From a virus (Duplodnaviria; Heunggongvirae; Uroviricota; Caudoviricetes): a stretch of DNA of 48,406 bases. A model generated the notes under the pieces. That model saw nothing but the letters and a program-made list of their open reading frames with translations, ran no database searches and was not told the DNA's origin. The translations under genes were made by a program, and so were the position numbers. The stretch is from the IMG/VR virus record IMGVR_UViG_2531839448_000004; one strand, given 5' to 3'. Below, piece by piece: positions 8,591-18,449 of the stretch. Numbering within the stretch: position 1 is the first letter of the stretch; every line of letters starts with the position of its first letter.

Positions 8591-8746
8591 ATGAAGCAGC
8601 AAAAGGCGATGTTAATCGCCCTGATCGTCATCTGTTTAACCGTCATAGTGACGGCACTGGTAACGAGGAAAGACCTCTGCGAGGTACGAATCCGAACCGG
8701 CCAGACGGAGGTCGCTGTCTTCACAGCTTACGAACCTGAGGAGTAA
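8591..8746 (+). CDS. hokD: HokD (RelF) Hok-family membrane toxin, 51 aa
   Basis: Below the ORF-track length cutoff; translation MKQQKAMLIALIVICLTVIVTALVTRKDLCEVRIRTGQTEVAVFTAYEPEE. Confidence 0.85.
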   Translation: MKQQKAMLIALIVICLTVIVTALVTRKDLCEVRIRTGQTEVAVFTAYEPEE

Positions 8747-8814
8747 GAGACCCGGCGGGGGAGAAATCCCTCGCCACCTCTGATGTGGCAGGCATCCTCA
8801 ACGCACCCGCACTT

Positions 8815-8845
8815 AACCCGCTTCGGCGGGTTTTTGTTTTTATTT
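8815..8845 (+). terminator. Intrinsic terminator after hokD
   Basis: aACCCGCttcgGCGGGTttttgttttt: GC stem-loop followed by a T-run. Confidence 0.7.
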
Positions 8846-8962
8846 TCAACGCGTTTGAAGTTCTGGACGGTGCCGGAATAGAATCAAAAATACTTAAGTA
8901 GCGCGCAGGGATAAGAGGGATGGTCCCTTAAAGGGGAGAGCTAATTATCCGGAAGGATTCTG

Positions 8963-9214
8963 ATGATGAACATCGAAGAACTGCGTAAAATTTTTTGTGA
9001 AGATGGCCTCTATGCTGTGTGCGTTGAAAATGGAAATCTTGTTAGTCATTACCGCATTATGTGTTTGCGAAAGAATGGGGCTGCGTTAATTAATTTTGTG
9101 GATGCTCGGGTCACGGACGGATTTATCTTGCGCGAAGGTGAGTTTGTCACTTCATTACAGGCATTGAAAGAGATCGGAATAAAAGCTGGCTTTTCTGCTT
9201 TTTCAGGAGAATAA
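8963..9214 (+). CDS. rem: Rem (Qin prophage protein)
   Basis: MMNIEELRKIFCEDGLYAVCVENGNLVSHYRIMCLRKNGAALINFVDARVTDGFILREGEFVTSLQALKEIGIKAGFSAFSGE, 83 aa. Confidence 0.85.
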   Translation: MMNIEELRKIFCEDGLYAVCVENGNLVSHYRIMCLRKNGAALINFVDARVTDGFILREGEFVTSLQALKEIGIKAGFSAFSGE

Positions 9215-9280
9215 ACTCATCTACAATCTTGCGCGGGGCTGAACTCCCGCTGAGTAACACCGTGCCACCGGAGAAAACCG

Positions 9281-9559
9281 ATGGCACGCAACGCAAAATA
9301 TTACAATTCTGATAATTCGCCCGTTCTTGCCTGCACGCACGGGCGGTATTCTCACGCATTCAAGTCTGAATGGTTCCAGCACCCTCCATGCACTGCAGAA
9401 CAGGCCGAATGGCTGATTCATTCTTACCGCAGGCGCGGGTTCGAGGTTAAGAAAGCTCTCAGTCTCGACTATCGGCACTGGATAATCTCTGTCAGGCTGC
9501 CTTATTCCGAACGCCCACCACGTGCGTCCCGCACTTTCCAGCAACGGATCTGGAGGTAA
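9281..9559 (+). CDS. Hypothetical small protein upstream of ydfU
   Basis: 92-codon ORF ending 2 nt before the ydfU GTG start; no family recognised. Confidence 0.35.
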   Translation: MARNAKYYNSDNSPVLACTHGRYSHAFKSEWFQHPPCTAEQAEWLIHSYRRRGFEVKKALSLDYRHWIISVRLPYSERPPRASRTFQQRIWR

Positions 9560-9560
9560 C

Positions 9561-10610
9561 GTGCGGGTATTACTTAGACCTGTTCTGGTGCCTGAGCTTG
9601 GGCTGGTGGTCCTTAAGCCGGGCCGTGAATCCATACAGATATTTCATAATCCTCGAGTGCTGGTGGAACCGGAACCAAAAAGCATGCGTAATCTGCCATC
9701 CGGAGTCGTTCCTGCCGTTCGCCAGCCGCTGGCGGAAGACAAAACATTGCTGCCGTTTTTTAGTAACGAACGGGTGATTCGTGCTGCTGGCGGCGTTGGC
9801 GCATTGTCCGACTGGCTATTACGTCATGTTACATCCTGCCAGTGGCCTAATGGCGATTACCATCACACTGAAACAGTCATTCACCGTTATGGTACCGGCG
9901 CAATGGTGTTGTGCTGGCACTGCGACAACCAACTGCGTGACCAGACATCGGAATCACTGGAGCTGCTTGCTCAACAAAATCTGACAGCATGGGTGATTGA
10001 CGTCATCCGTCACGCAATAAGCGGTACGCAGGAGCGGGAATTATCTTTGGCTGAATTATCCTGGTGGGCGGTCTGCAATCAGGTGGTGGATGCACTACCT
10101 GAGGCTGTATCGCGTCGTTCGCTGGGATTACCAGCGGAAAAAATCTGCTCGGTGTACCGCGAAAGCGACATCGTACCGGGAGAGCAGACCGCCACCAGCA
10201 TATTGAAACAACGCACAAAAAATCTTGCACCGTTGCCTTACGCCCACCAGCAACAAAAATCACCACAGGAAAAGACGGTGGTAAGCATCACCGTTGATCC
10301 AGAGTCTCCGGAATCTTTCATGAAGCTGCCTAAACGTCGCCGCTGGGTTAAGGAGAAATACACACGTTGGGTTAAGACACAGCCGTGTGCTTGCTGCGGT
10401 ATGCCAGCCGACGATCCGCATCATCTGATTGGTCACGGGCAGGGCGGAATGGGAACAAAAGCACATGATCTCTTTGTGTTGCCTTTGTGCAGAAAGCATC
10501 ACAACGAGCTGCATACGGATACAGTGGCATTTGAAGATAAGTATGGCTCCCAACTGGAGCTGATATTTCGTTTTATCGATCGCGCGCTGGCAATTGGCGT
10601 ACTGGCGTAA
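9561..10610 (+). CDS. ydfU: YdfU (DUF968 family) with C-terminal Cys/His HNH-like motif
   Basis: GTG start preceded by GGAGGTAAC; MRVLLRPVLVPELGLVV... 349 aa; C-terminus CACCGMPADDPHHLIGHGQGG...CRKHHNELH. Confidence 0.8.
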   Translation: MRVLLRPVLVPELGLVVLKPGRESIQIFHNPRVLVEPEPKSMRNLPSGVVPAVRQPLAEDKTLLPFFSNERVIRAAGGVGALSDWLLRHVTSCQWPNGDYHHTETVIHRYGTGAMVLCWHCDNQLRDQTSESLELLAQQNLTAWVIDVIRHAISGTQERELSLAELSWWAVCNQVVDALPEAVSRRSLGLPAEKICSVYRESDIVPGEQTATSILKQRTKNLAPLPYAHQQQKSPQEKTVVSITVDPESPESFMKLPKRRRWVKEKYTRWVKTQPCACCGMPADDPHHLIGHGQGGMGTKAHDLFVLPLCRKHHNELHTDTVAFEDKYGSQLELIFRFIDRALAIGVLA

Positions 10611-10623
10611 GTGGAGAACGAGC

Positions 10624-11376
10624 ATGAACCTTGAAGCCTTACCAAAATATTACTCCCCAAAATCTCCAAAATTGAGCGATGACGCTCCAGCGACAGGCAC
10701 CGGTTGTTTAACAATTACGGATGTAATGGCAGCGCAGGGGATGGTGCAGTCGAAAGCACCACTTGGGTTGGCCTTATTTCTGGCAAAAGTTGGTGTTCAG
10801 GACCCTCAGTTTGCGATTGAAGGCCTGCTAAATTACGCGATGGCACTGGATAACCCGACATTGAACAAATTGAGTGAAGAAATCCGGTTACAGATTATTC
10901 CTTACCTCGTGAGTTTTGCCTTTGCTGATTACTCCAGGTCTGCGGCAAGTAAGGCTCGCTGTGAGCATTGTTCAGGTACGGGATTTTATAATGTATTGCG
11001 CGAAGTGGTGAAACACTACAGACGCGGGGAATCTGTAATCAAGGAAGAATGGGTGAAGGAACTATGTCAGCATTGCCATGGTAAGGGCGAAGCCAGCACA
11101 GCGTGCAGAGGGTGTAAGGGTAAAGGGATTGTTCTGGATGAAAAAAGAACCCGGTTTCATGGCGTACCGGTATATAAGATTTGTGGGCGTTGTAATGGAA
11201 ACCGGTTTAGTCGTTTACCGACCACGCTGGCACGACGTCATGTCCAGAAGCTGGTACCAGACCTGACCGATTATCAGTGGTATAAGGGGTATGCGGACGT
11301 CATTGGTAAACTGGTAACAAAGTGCTGGCAGGAAGAAGCATACGCGGAAGCGCAATTGAGGAAGGTGACGAGATAA
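10624..11376 (+). CDS. quuQ: Late-gene antiterminator Q (QuuQ)
   Basis: MNLEALPKYYSPKSPKLSDDAPATGTGCLTITDVMAAQ... with Cys-rich zinc-binding region CEHCSGTG...CQHCHGKGEASTACRGCKGKG; followed by a strong promoter and terminator. Confidence 0.85.
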   Translation: MNLEALPKYYSPKSPKLSDDAPATGTGCLTITDVMAAQGMVQSKAPLGLALFLAKVGVQDPQFAIEGLLNYAMALDNPTLNKLSEEIRLQIIPYLVSFAFADYSRSAASKARCEHCSGTGFYNVLREVVKHYRRGESVIKEEWVKELCQHCHGKGEASTACRGCKGKGIVLDEKRTRFHGVPVYKICGRCNGNRFSRLPTTLARRHVQKLVPDLTDYQWYKGYADVIGKLVTKCWQEEAYAEAQLRKVTR

Positions 11377-11407
11377 ATGATTTTTGCTGAAGATGGCGAC
11401 ATGATGT

Positions 11408-11436
11408 TTGCATTTTTCAAAAAATATGGATAAAAT
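11408..11436 (+). promoter_or_regulatory. pR'-like late promoter (TTGCAT-17-TAAAAT)
   Basis: Near-consensus -35 and -10 hexamers with a 17-bp spacer, 32 bp downstream of the Q stop. Confidence 0.6.
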
Positions 11437-11482
11437 TTTTTCAATGATGGGCTTTGTATACCCGACGTTAAGAAAAAGTAGA

Positions 11483-11510
11483 AAACCCGCTGATGAGCGG
11501 GTTTTGTGCT
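11483..11510 (+). terminator. tR'-like intrinsic terminator downstream of the late promoter
   Basis: aaaaCCCGCtgatgaGCGGGttttgtgc hairpin plus T-run about 50-70 nt downstream of the promoter. Confidence 0.65.
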
Positions 11511-11797
11511 TTAAATGGGGCAATGGTAATGTTGAATCTCATCCCGGGACTCATGTCTGTTAACTTATTATTTAGCTGGTGACTTGGTTATTTGCCTGAT
11601 GTTTAAAATGTTTTCTTCCAGTACAATGTCCCTAAACACAATGAGTCTGCTTATTATATTATTAGCAGAGCTATTACGGCCAAAGTACAGCATAAGCTTT
11701 TAAAGCCAATCAACCAGTCATCAAGACAGACGGGGTTATTCATAAAAACTCTCCATGTGTGATCCGATGGGGCCTGAAATTAAAGCTTTAATATAGC

Positions 11798-12010
11798 TCA
11801 TGAAAGGTAAACATTGGCAGCTGAAGGGCCACGCAGACCATTTATCCGGCAAAATTCCACGCGTAATCCGGTGGTAATTTCTTCTGCATCGCGGAGATTG
11901 AGCGCTGAAACATGAAGCTGGACATCGATACGACCATCGGATGGGGTGATAAGACCCTTGCCGCTTTTGCCGTCAAAGGTTTTGACAATTCCTGTCATTT
12001 TACGGGACAA
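11798..12010 (-). CDS. cspF: Cold-shock protein family (CspF/CspH-like)
   Basis: [70 protein letters not shown]; divergent from cspB as in Qin. Confidence 0.75.
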
Positions 12011-12309
12011 AAAATTCCTTAATACTGATAACTTGGCGCACTATACACACGTTCCTGAAGAAAGCTATAGTTTTTTGATGGGGTTGAAGATGGCTGGATG
12101 TCTAAAATAAACATTGCTTCATATGTTCAACTATGCGTTAATGATTGCGTCGGTTTGAAGAACAGACGATATACGAAGTAGTTTACTAAAGCAGTTCTCA
12201 TTTCAGGTGTTATTCACTTATTCCTTCTTTGAGTCTCTCCAATTAAGTACGAAGTCGTTTCTGTTATGCAAACCATTTATGCCGAAAGGCTCAAGTTAAG
12301 GAATGTAGA

Positions 12310-12525
12310 ATGTCAAATAAAATGACTGGTTTAGTAAAATGGTTTAACGCTGATAAAGGTTTCGGCTTTATTTCTCCTGTTGATGGTAGTAAAGATGTGT
12401 TTGTGCATTTTTCTGCGATTCAGAATGATAATTATCGAACCTTATTTGAAGGTCAAAAGGTTACCTTCTCTATAGAGAGTGGTGCTAAAGGTCCTGCAGC
12501 AGCAAATGTCATCATTACTGATTAA
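12310..12525 (+). CDS. cspB: Cold-shock protein CspB
   Basis: [71 protein letters not shown]. Confidence 0.88.
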   Translation: MSNKMTGLVKWFNADKGFGFISPVDGSKDVFVHFSAIQNDNYRTLFEGQKVTFSIESGAKGPAAANVIITD

Positions 12526-12807
12526 AATTCATCGCTCGTCTGTATACGATAACGAAGAAGGCTGATGCCTGAGTAGAGATACGGACAGAGTAGTGAATAT
12601 TGGATTTCTTTAATAAAAATTAAGGAGGTCCAATACATGAAACAATGGCCAGCATATTTGGCAAAATCTTAATCAGGAAAAGTATGCTAACCATTGTGGT
12701 GAAGTGCAGGTTTGCTGCATGAATAGTTTTACAGCAGAAGCTAACTGCTGGCATGGCAAAACAAAGTGCGTAAGTGGATGACTCCCACAAAAAGCACCAC
12801 AATCTCA

Positions 12808-12832
12808 AACCCGCTCAGGCGGGTTTTTTATT
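12808..12832 (+). terminator. Intrinsic terminator
   Basis: AAACCCGCtcagGCGGGTTTtttatt. Confidence 0.55.
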
Positions 12833-12888
12833 ATCTGCTTTAAATATATTATTAAAATATAAAAAATACTTGTTACTAATAAAATCAA

Positions 12889-13059
12889 TCAGGCTACAGC
12901 TTTAAGATTTGTCTGGAATACTTTGTTGCAATGAGGGCAGATCAAAAGGGCACCTTTTTGTACTCTTGAAAAACTGTGTTCTGACTCTTGGGTGCAGTTT
13001 GGGCAGGAACATTTAACGAGATAATTACGGCGTGATTTTGAGTCTTTACGTTCTGACAT
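12889..13059 (-). CDS. ynfU: Small zinc-ribbon protein (YnfU-like), 56 aa
   Basis: MSERKDSKSRRNYLVKCSCPNCTQESEHSFSRVQKGALLICPHCNKVFQTNLKAVA; paired CxxC motifs; symbol assigned from memory of Qin content. Confidence 0.5.
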   Translation of the reverse strand: MSERKDSKSRRNYLVKCSCPNCTQESEHSFSRVQKGALLICPHCNKVFQTNLKAVA

Positions 13060-13278
13060 AGGCTTTTCCTGTATAAATGGCCGTATACAGTACACTAAAT
13101 ATGAAAACATTTCTCGTATTATTATTTTATATATGACTTTCTTTCAAAATAATTACTCACATTTTTAATGTGTATGTTTCTTTAGCGCCGTTGAGAACAG
13201 CGTGTGCTGTCAAAACTACCCCGTAGACTCCGATCTTTTCAAACATATTGCACCATCCGTGTACATCGGGGTGAGGAT

Positions 13279-13494
13279 ATGAAATCAATGGATAAGTTAA
13301 CAACAGGTGTTGCCTATGGCACATCGGCGGGTAATGCTGGTTTCTGGGCATTGCAGTTACTCGATAAAGTAACTCCGTCACAGTGGGCTGCAATCGGTGT
13401 GCTGGGTAGCCTGGTTTTTGGCCTGCTGACGTATCTGACAAATCTTTATTTCAAGATTAAAGAAGACAGGCGTAAGGCTGCGAGAGGAGAGTAA
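13279..13494 (+). CDS. essQ: Holin (EssQ/EssD-like), probable dual-start MKSM
   Basis: [71 protein letters not shown]; transmembrane segments; Met-Lys-Ser-Met N-terminus resembles the lambda S dual-start arrangement. Confidence 0.85.
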   Translation: MKSMDKLTTGVAYGTSAGNAGFWALQLLDKVTPSQWAAIGVLGSLVFGLLTYLTNLYFKIKEDRRKAARGE

Positions 13495-13498
13495 TCCA

Positions 13499-13806
13499 AT
13501 GACTCAAGACTATGAACTGGTTGTGAAAGGAGTCCGTAATTTTGAGAATAAAGTTACGGTAACTGTAGCCTTACAGGACAAAGAACGCTTTGACGGTGAA
13601 ATTTTTGACCTGGATGTCGCCATGGACCGTGTTGAAGGAGCTGCGCTGGAGTTTTATGAGGCAGCAGCCAGAAGGAGCGTCCGGCAAGTCTTCCTGGAAG
13701 TAGCAGAAAAATTGTCAGAAAAAGTTGAGTCTTATCTGCAGCATCAGTACTCCTTTAAGATTGAAAATCCTGCCAATAAGCACGAGCGTCCTCATCATAA
13801 ATATAT

Positions 13807-13810
<4 letters not shown>
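13499..13810 (+). CDS. ydfR: YdfR (prophage lysis-region protein)
   Basis: MTQDYELVVKGVRNFENKVTVTVALQDKERFDGEIFDLDV... 103 aa between holin and endolysin. Confidence 0.8.
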
Positions 13811-14834
<1,024 letters not shown>

Positions 14835-15197
14835 GGTAATATTAAATCGGAACATTTACATCGCGGAATGTAAAATTTAAATAAAAAGGACTCTTCCATG
14901 AGCCAAAATTCCTGAAATCTTAAGGGTAAGATAAAAGGTCTTAATCAGAATGACACGTTATTATTAATAAATAAAGCTATTCTTTCATTGCTGTGTTTTT
15001 CTTTACAAAAGTAATCCTTGCTATGGGTGGTTAATCATGCGTTAATGGTGTTCTGGTTTGTTACAAATTTATCTGAAGCAGTCATTGTTATAATTTTATT
15101 ATTTGTACCTCTTGAGATTTCCTTGTTGGTTTTTCTCTCTGATATTTTTTTTCGGACCATTCTGCCCAAGGGCTAATTTCTTCAAAAGGTAATAATT

Positions 15198-15410
15198 ATG
15201 TCTAACAAAATGACTGGTTTAGTGAAATGGTTTAACCCTGAAAAAGGTTTTGGTTTCATCACGCCGAAAGATGGCAGCAAAGATGTGTTTGTCCATTTCT
15301 CAGCAATTCAGAGCAACGATTTCAAAACATTAACTGAGAATCAGGAAGTTGAATTTGGTATTGAGAACGGACCTAAAGGTCCTGCCGCTGTTCATGTAGT
15401 GGCGCTTTGA
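15198..15410 (+). CDS. cspI: Cold-shock protein CspI
   Basis: [70 protein letters not shown]. Confidence 0.9.
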   Translation: MSNKMTGLVKWFNPEKGFGFITPKDGSKDVFVHFSAIQSNDFKTLTENQEVEFGIENGPKGPAAVHVVAL

Positions 15411-15613
15411 GGTAGACAATATTACAAACCATATTCACTTTAGATGCCCGTGTTGTCATGGTTCCCAGTATAGAACATCATCTTTTGATGTTTCTGACAT
15501 GAATCCTTTCGGGGCAAAATGTATCTTTTGTAAATCAATGATGATTACATTTGATAATATTTCACAATACTTAAATGCCAGCCGTCTGTCGTTGGATTTA
15601 AAAAAGTGAAAAT

Positions 15614-15640
15614 GAAGGCTCCTTCGGGAGCTTTTTTGCT
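15614..15640 (+). terminator. Intrinsic terminator
   Basis: aAGGCTCCttcgGGAGCttttttgct. Confidence 0.65.
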
Positions 15641-15681
15641 TGGTATCTATTCGATGGATACTCACATACTACGGTAACATC

Positions 15682-15912
15682 ATGAAAAAAATCATAGTTT
15701 TTTTTAACTCTGAACCAGCAGTGGTAGTGCCAGCGATGACTGGAGTTAACACCATCATGCGTGAATATCCAAATGGCGAAAAAACACACCTTACTGTAAT
15801 GGCCGCAGGGTTTCCATCTCTGACCGGAGATCATAAAGTCATTTATGTAGCCGCGGATCGACATGTTACTTCAGAAGAAATTCTGGAAGCAGCAATAAGG
15901 CTCTTGAGTTGA
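15682..15912 (+). CDS. Hypothetical small protein
   Basis: 76-codon ORF from ATG 15682 (MKKIIVFFNSEPAVVVPAMTG...); no family recognised. Confidence 0.4.
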   Translation: MKKIIVFFNSEPAVVVPAMTGVNTIMREYPNGEKTHLTVMAAGFPSLTGDHKVIYVAADRHVTSEEILEAAIRLLS

Positions 15913-16080
15913 TTTGATGCTATTGTATTGATAATTCAGGAAAATTCTCTTTGTCTGTTTGTGTAAAATTTAGACTATCGTATGTTGATTATTGCGATGT
16001 TTCATCTTATCTTTTACACGTTTGCACCATATAATCGACTTACTGTGTAACTGGAAAGTCATAACAGACTAAAAGAGGAA

Positions 16081-16256
16081 ATGATGAATATTGAAAACTT
16101 AAAAACAAAAGCAGAAGCAGATATTTCTGAATATATAACAAAAAAATTATTGAACTTAAGAAAAAGACCGGGAAAGAAGTTACCAGTATTCAGTTTACCG
16201 CACGGGAAAAAATGACGGGTCTTGAAAGCTATGATGTCAAGATTAATTTAATCTGA
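16081..16256 (+). pseudogene. gnsB: gnsB-like gene with a -1 frame break inside an A6 tract
   Basis: N-terminal frame MMNIENLKTKAEADISEYITKK... stops after 44 codons (TGA 16213-16215); the GnsB-like C-terminus ...TGKEVTSIQFTAREKMTGLESYDVKINLI continues in the next frame after the aaaaaa run at 16141-16146. Confidence 0.55.
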
Positions 16257-16407
16257 TGTATTCAATAATAAAATTTATCCATAAACCTCGTTTTTACGGG
16301 GTTTTGTTATATTTGAATGGTTCCGAATATCTAAATCACAATTGTTGATGGTTTTTATTAAACCAATGCAGTCCGGCTCAGGAGTGAGAGAAGCCGGACG
16401 TTATGGT

Positions 16408-16818
16408 TTAGCGTGGTAAGATCTGTGTAGTTTTCTGGATGCTTTCAGTAAATAGTAATGAGTTATCAAAGGCATAGTAATATCTTTGGTGTTCCTGGAT
16501 ATTTGTAACCCATCGGAAAACTCCTGCTTTAGCAAGATTTTCCCTGTATTGTTGAAATGTGATTTCTTTTGATTTCAACTTATTATAGGAGGTCTCTATA
16601 AGATGTTTGTTTCTGGAGAATTTAACATTTACAACCTTTTTGAGTCCTTTTACTAACACTATGTTGTCGTTTTCTAACACAATGTGAATATTATCTGTGG
16701 CTAAATAGTAAATATAAAGTGAGATATTGTGACGTTTTAGCTCAGAATAAAATAATTCACAGTTTAAATCTTTACGCACTTGATCGAATATTTCTTTAAA
16801 AATGGCAGCCTGAGCCAT
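16408..16818 (-). CDS. ydfO: YdfO (DUF1398 family)
   Basis: [50 protein letters not shown]...; paralogous to the ORF at 48002-48406. Confidence 0.8.
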   Translation of the reverse strand: MAQAAIFKEIFDQVRKDLNCELFYSELKRHNISLYIYYLATDNIHIVLENDNIVLVKGLKKVVNVKFSRNKHLIETSYNKLKSKEITFQQYRENLAKAGVFRWVTNIQEHQRYYYAFDNSLLFTESIQKTTQILPR

Positions 16819-17118
16819 TGGTAAACCTTCCATGTGATACGATGGCGCGTAGTTTGCATTATCGTGTTTATTGTTTCAATCTGGTCTGACCTCTTTGTGT
16901 TTTGTTGATGATTTATGTCAAATATTAAGCCTGTTTTTAATGAATAGTGTTGATTGCGTAACAAAATTGAGCCTTGCTGGCATCCAGGAGGGATATGCAA
17001 CCGACAGATGTATGTAAGGTCGATGTACTCAAACTTTCATACTTTTCCTCTTTTATGCAGTAAGATTTGAAGTAATATTTTAACCGCTAGATGACGAGCA
17101 AACGCATGGAGCGACAAA

Positions 17119-17325
17119 ATGAATAAAGAACAATCTGCTGATGAACTCTCGTTGGATCTGATTCGTGTAAAAAATATGCTTAATAGCACCATTTCTATGA
17201 GTTACCCGGATGTTGTAATTGCATGTATAGAACATCAGGTGTCTCTGGAAGCATTCAGGGCAATTGAGGCAGCGTTGGTGAAGCACGATAAGAATTCGAA
17301 GGATTATTCCCTGGTGGTTGACTGA
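17119..17325 (+). CDS. Hypothetical small protein
   Basis: 68-codon ORF between ydfO and the cos region. Confidence 0.35.
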   Translation: MNKEQSADELSLDLIRVKNMLNSTISMSYPDVVIACIEHQVSLEAFRAIEAALVKHDKNSKDYSLVVD

Positions 17326-17649
17326 GCACCATAACTGCTAATCATTCAAACTATTTCACCTGTGACAGAGTCAATATCGCATTCTGTCACTGTCAGGCTA
17401 ATACAGAGCTGCAATTCAACTACTGCAATGTCCTCGTAATTAGGTGAATTTACAATATCGTCCTGTTCGGATGCCGGCTGCATTGCTGAAGATGAGGCAT
17501 TTATGGTTCGCATATTTTCCCCTCATGCTCGTCAGTCCTGTGCGTAGGAAGAAACAGGACACTCACACTAATTTGTGTGGGCATGCTGTGATGTCCTTCT
17601 GAATTATTCCTATGCCATTATGTAAAGCGCTGTATCAGATGCTCGTCAC

Positions 17650-17689
17650 GGCTGTCAGGCTGTCAGGCTGTCAGGCTGTCAGGCTGTCG
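17650..17689. repeat. Tandem octamer repeat (GGCTGTCA) x4 plus one variant GGCTGTCG, just upstream of the cosN-like sequence
   Basis: Directly visible: ggctgtca ggctgtca ggctgtca ggctgtca ggctgtcg. Confidence 0.9.
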
Positions 17690-17714
17690 GGTCCTCCCGG
17701 TGGGGGCCCCTGCC

Positions 17715-17734
17715 ACGGGGCGGGAGCGTCGCGG
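17715..17734 (+). other. Candidate cosN (cohesive-end nicking site)
   Basis: ACGGGGCGGGAGCGTCGCGG resembles lambda cosN ACGGGGCGGCGACCTCGCGG (about 15 of 20 positions as recalled) and lies about 180 bp upstream of the small terminase gene. Confidence 0.5.
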
Positions 17735-17913
17735 AGAAAGGCTAGTTTTTGCATTTCCATGGCGGCGGCAGCATGTTTGGTAATTTATTGATAATTAAAA
17801 GTTATTTCTCTTTTTACCTGTACAATATTTTTTTCTCCCTGTCATTAGATCAGTTTACAATTAATTGAAATATATAAATAAACATGATTTTCACCTGCCA
17901 GATGGAGTTGCTT

Positions 17914-18441
17914 ATGTCAAATGTGAGCGGGATCGGTGATGCTTATTACTGGAGTGTTTTTAAAATCGCTGAGGCCTTTGGGCTTCACCGGGACACAGTA
18001 AAAAAACGGCGTCTCGCGGCCAACACTCCTGTGGCTGCGACTGTCAGGGGGAACCCCGTTTACGCCCTGCAGCATGTCGGGCCAGCCCTGTTTAGTGTGA
18101 AGCATGAGGCAGCAGACTCTGTTCATGATCCATCCCGTATGGAGCCGAAAGAGAGAAAGGACTGGTACCAGTCTGAAAATGAAAGGATCAAGCTGGAAAA
18201 GGAGCAGCGAAAACTCATCCCCGTTGATGAAGTAGTCATCGTCTATTCGTCCATGAGAAAGGCTGTCGTCCAGGTTCTGGAGACAATTCCGGATGTTCTT
18301 GAACGCGATTGCGCCCTGACTCCTCAGGCCGTCGGCGTTGTACAGCAGGCAATTGATGACCTGCGATACACTCTTCAGGAAAAATCCTACGAGGCTTGTG
18401 CTGCTGAATTAATTCCTGATGAGGAAGGAGAGAGTCTCTAG
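17914..18441 (+). CDS. nohA: Terminase small subunit (Nu1/NohA-like)
   Basis: MSNVSGIGDAYYWSVFKIAEAFGLHRDTVKKRRLAANTPVAATVRG... winged-helix N-terminus; immediately precedes the large terminase gene. Confidence 0.75.
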   Translation: MSNVSGIGDAYYWSVFKIAEAFGLHRDTVKKRRLAANTPVAATVRGNPVYALQHVGPALFSVKHEAADSVHDPSRMEPKERKDWYQSENERIKLEKEQRKLIPVDEVVIVYSSMRKAVVQVLETIPDVLERDCALTPQAVGVVQQAIDDLRYTLQEKSYEACAAELIPDEEGESL

Positions 18442-18449
18442 GAGGAATA

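Noticed and set aside
12626-12661. 11-codon mini-ORF (MKQWPAYLAKS) with a strong TAAGGAGG ribosome-binding site downstream of cspB
   Set aside because: Too short to assess; could be a leader peptide but there is no supporting context.
17650-17689. Tandem octamer repeats considered as a CRISPR array
   Set aside because: Units are 8 bp with no spacers and no cas genes nearby; position next to cosN fits a packaging-related repeat.
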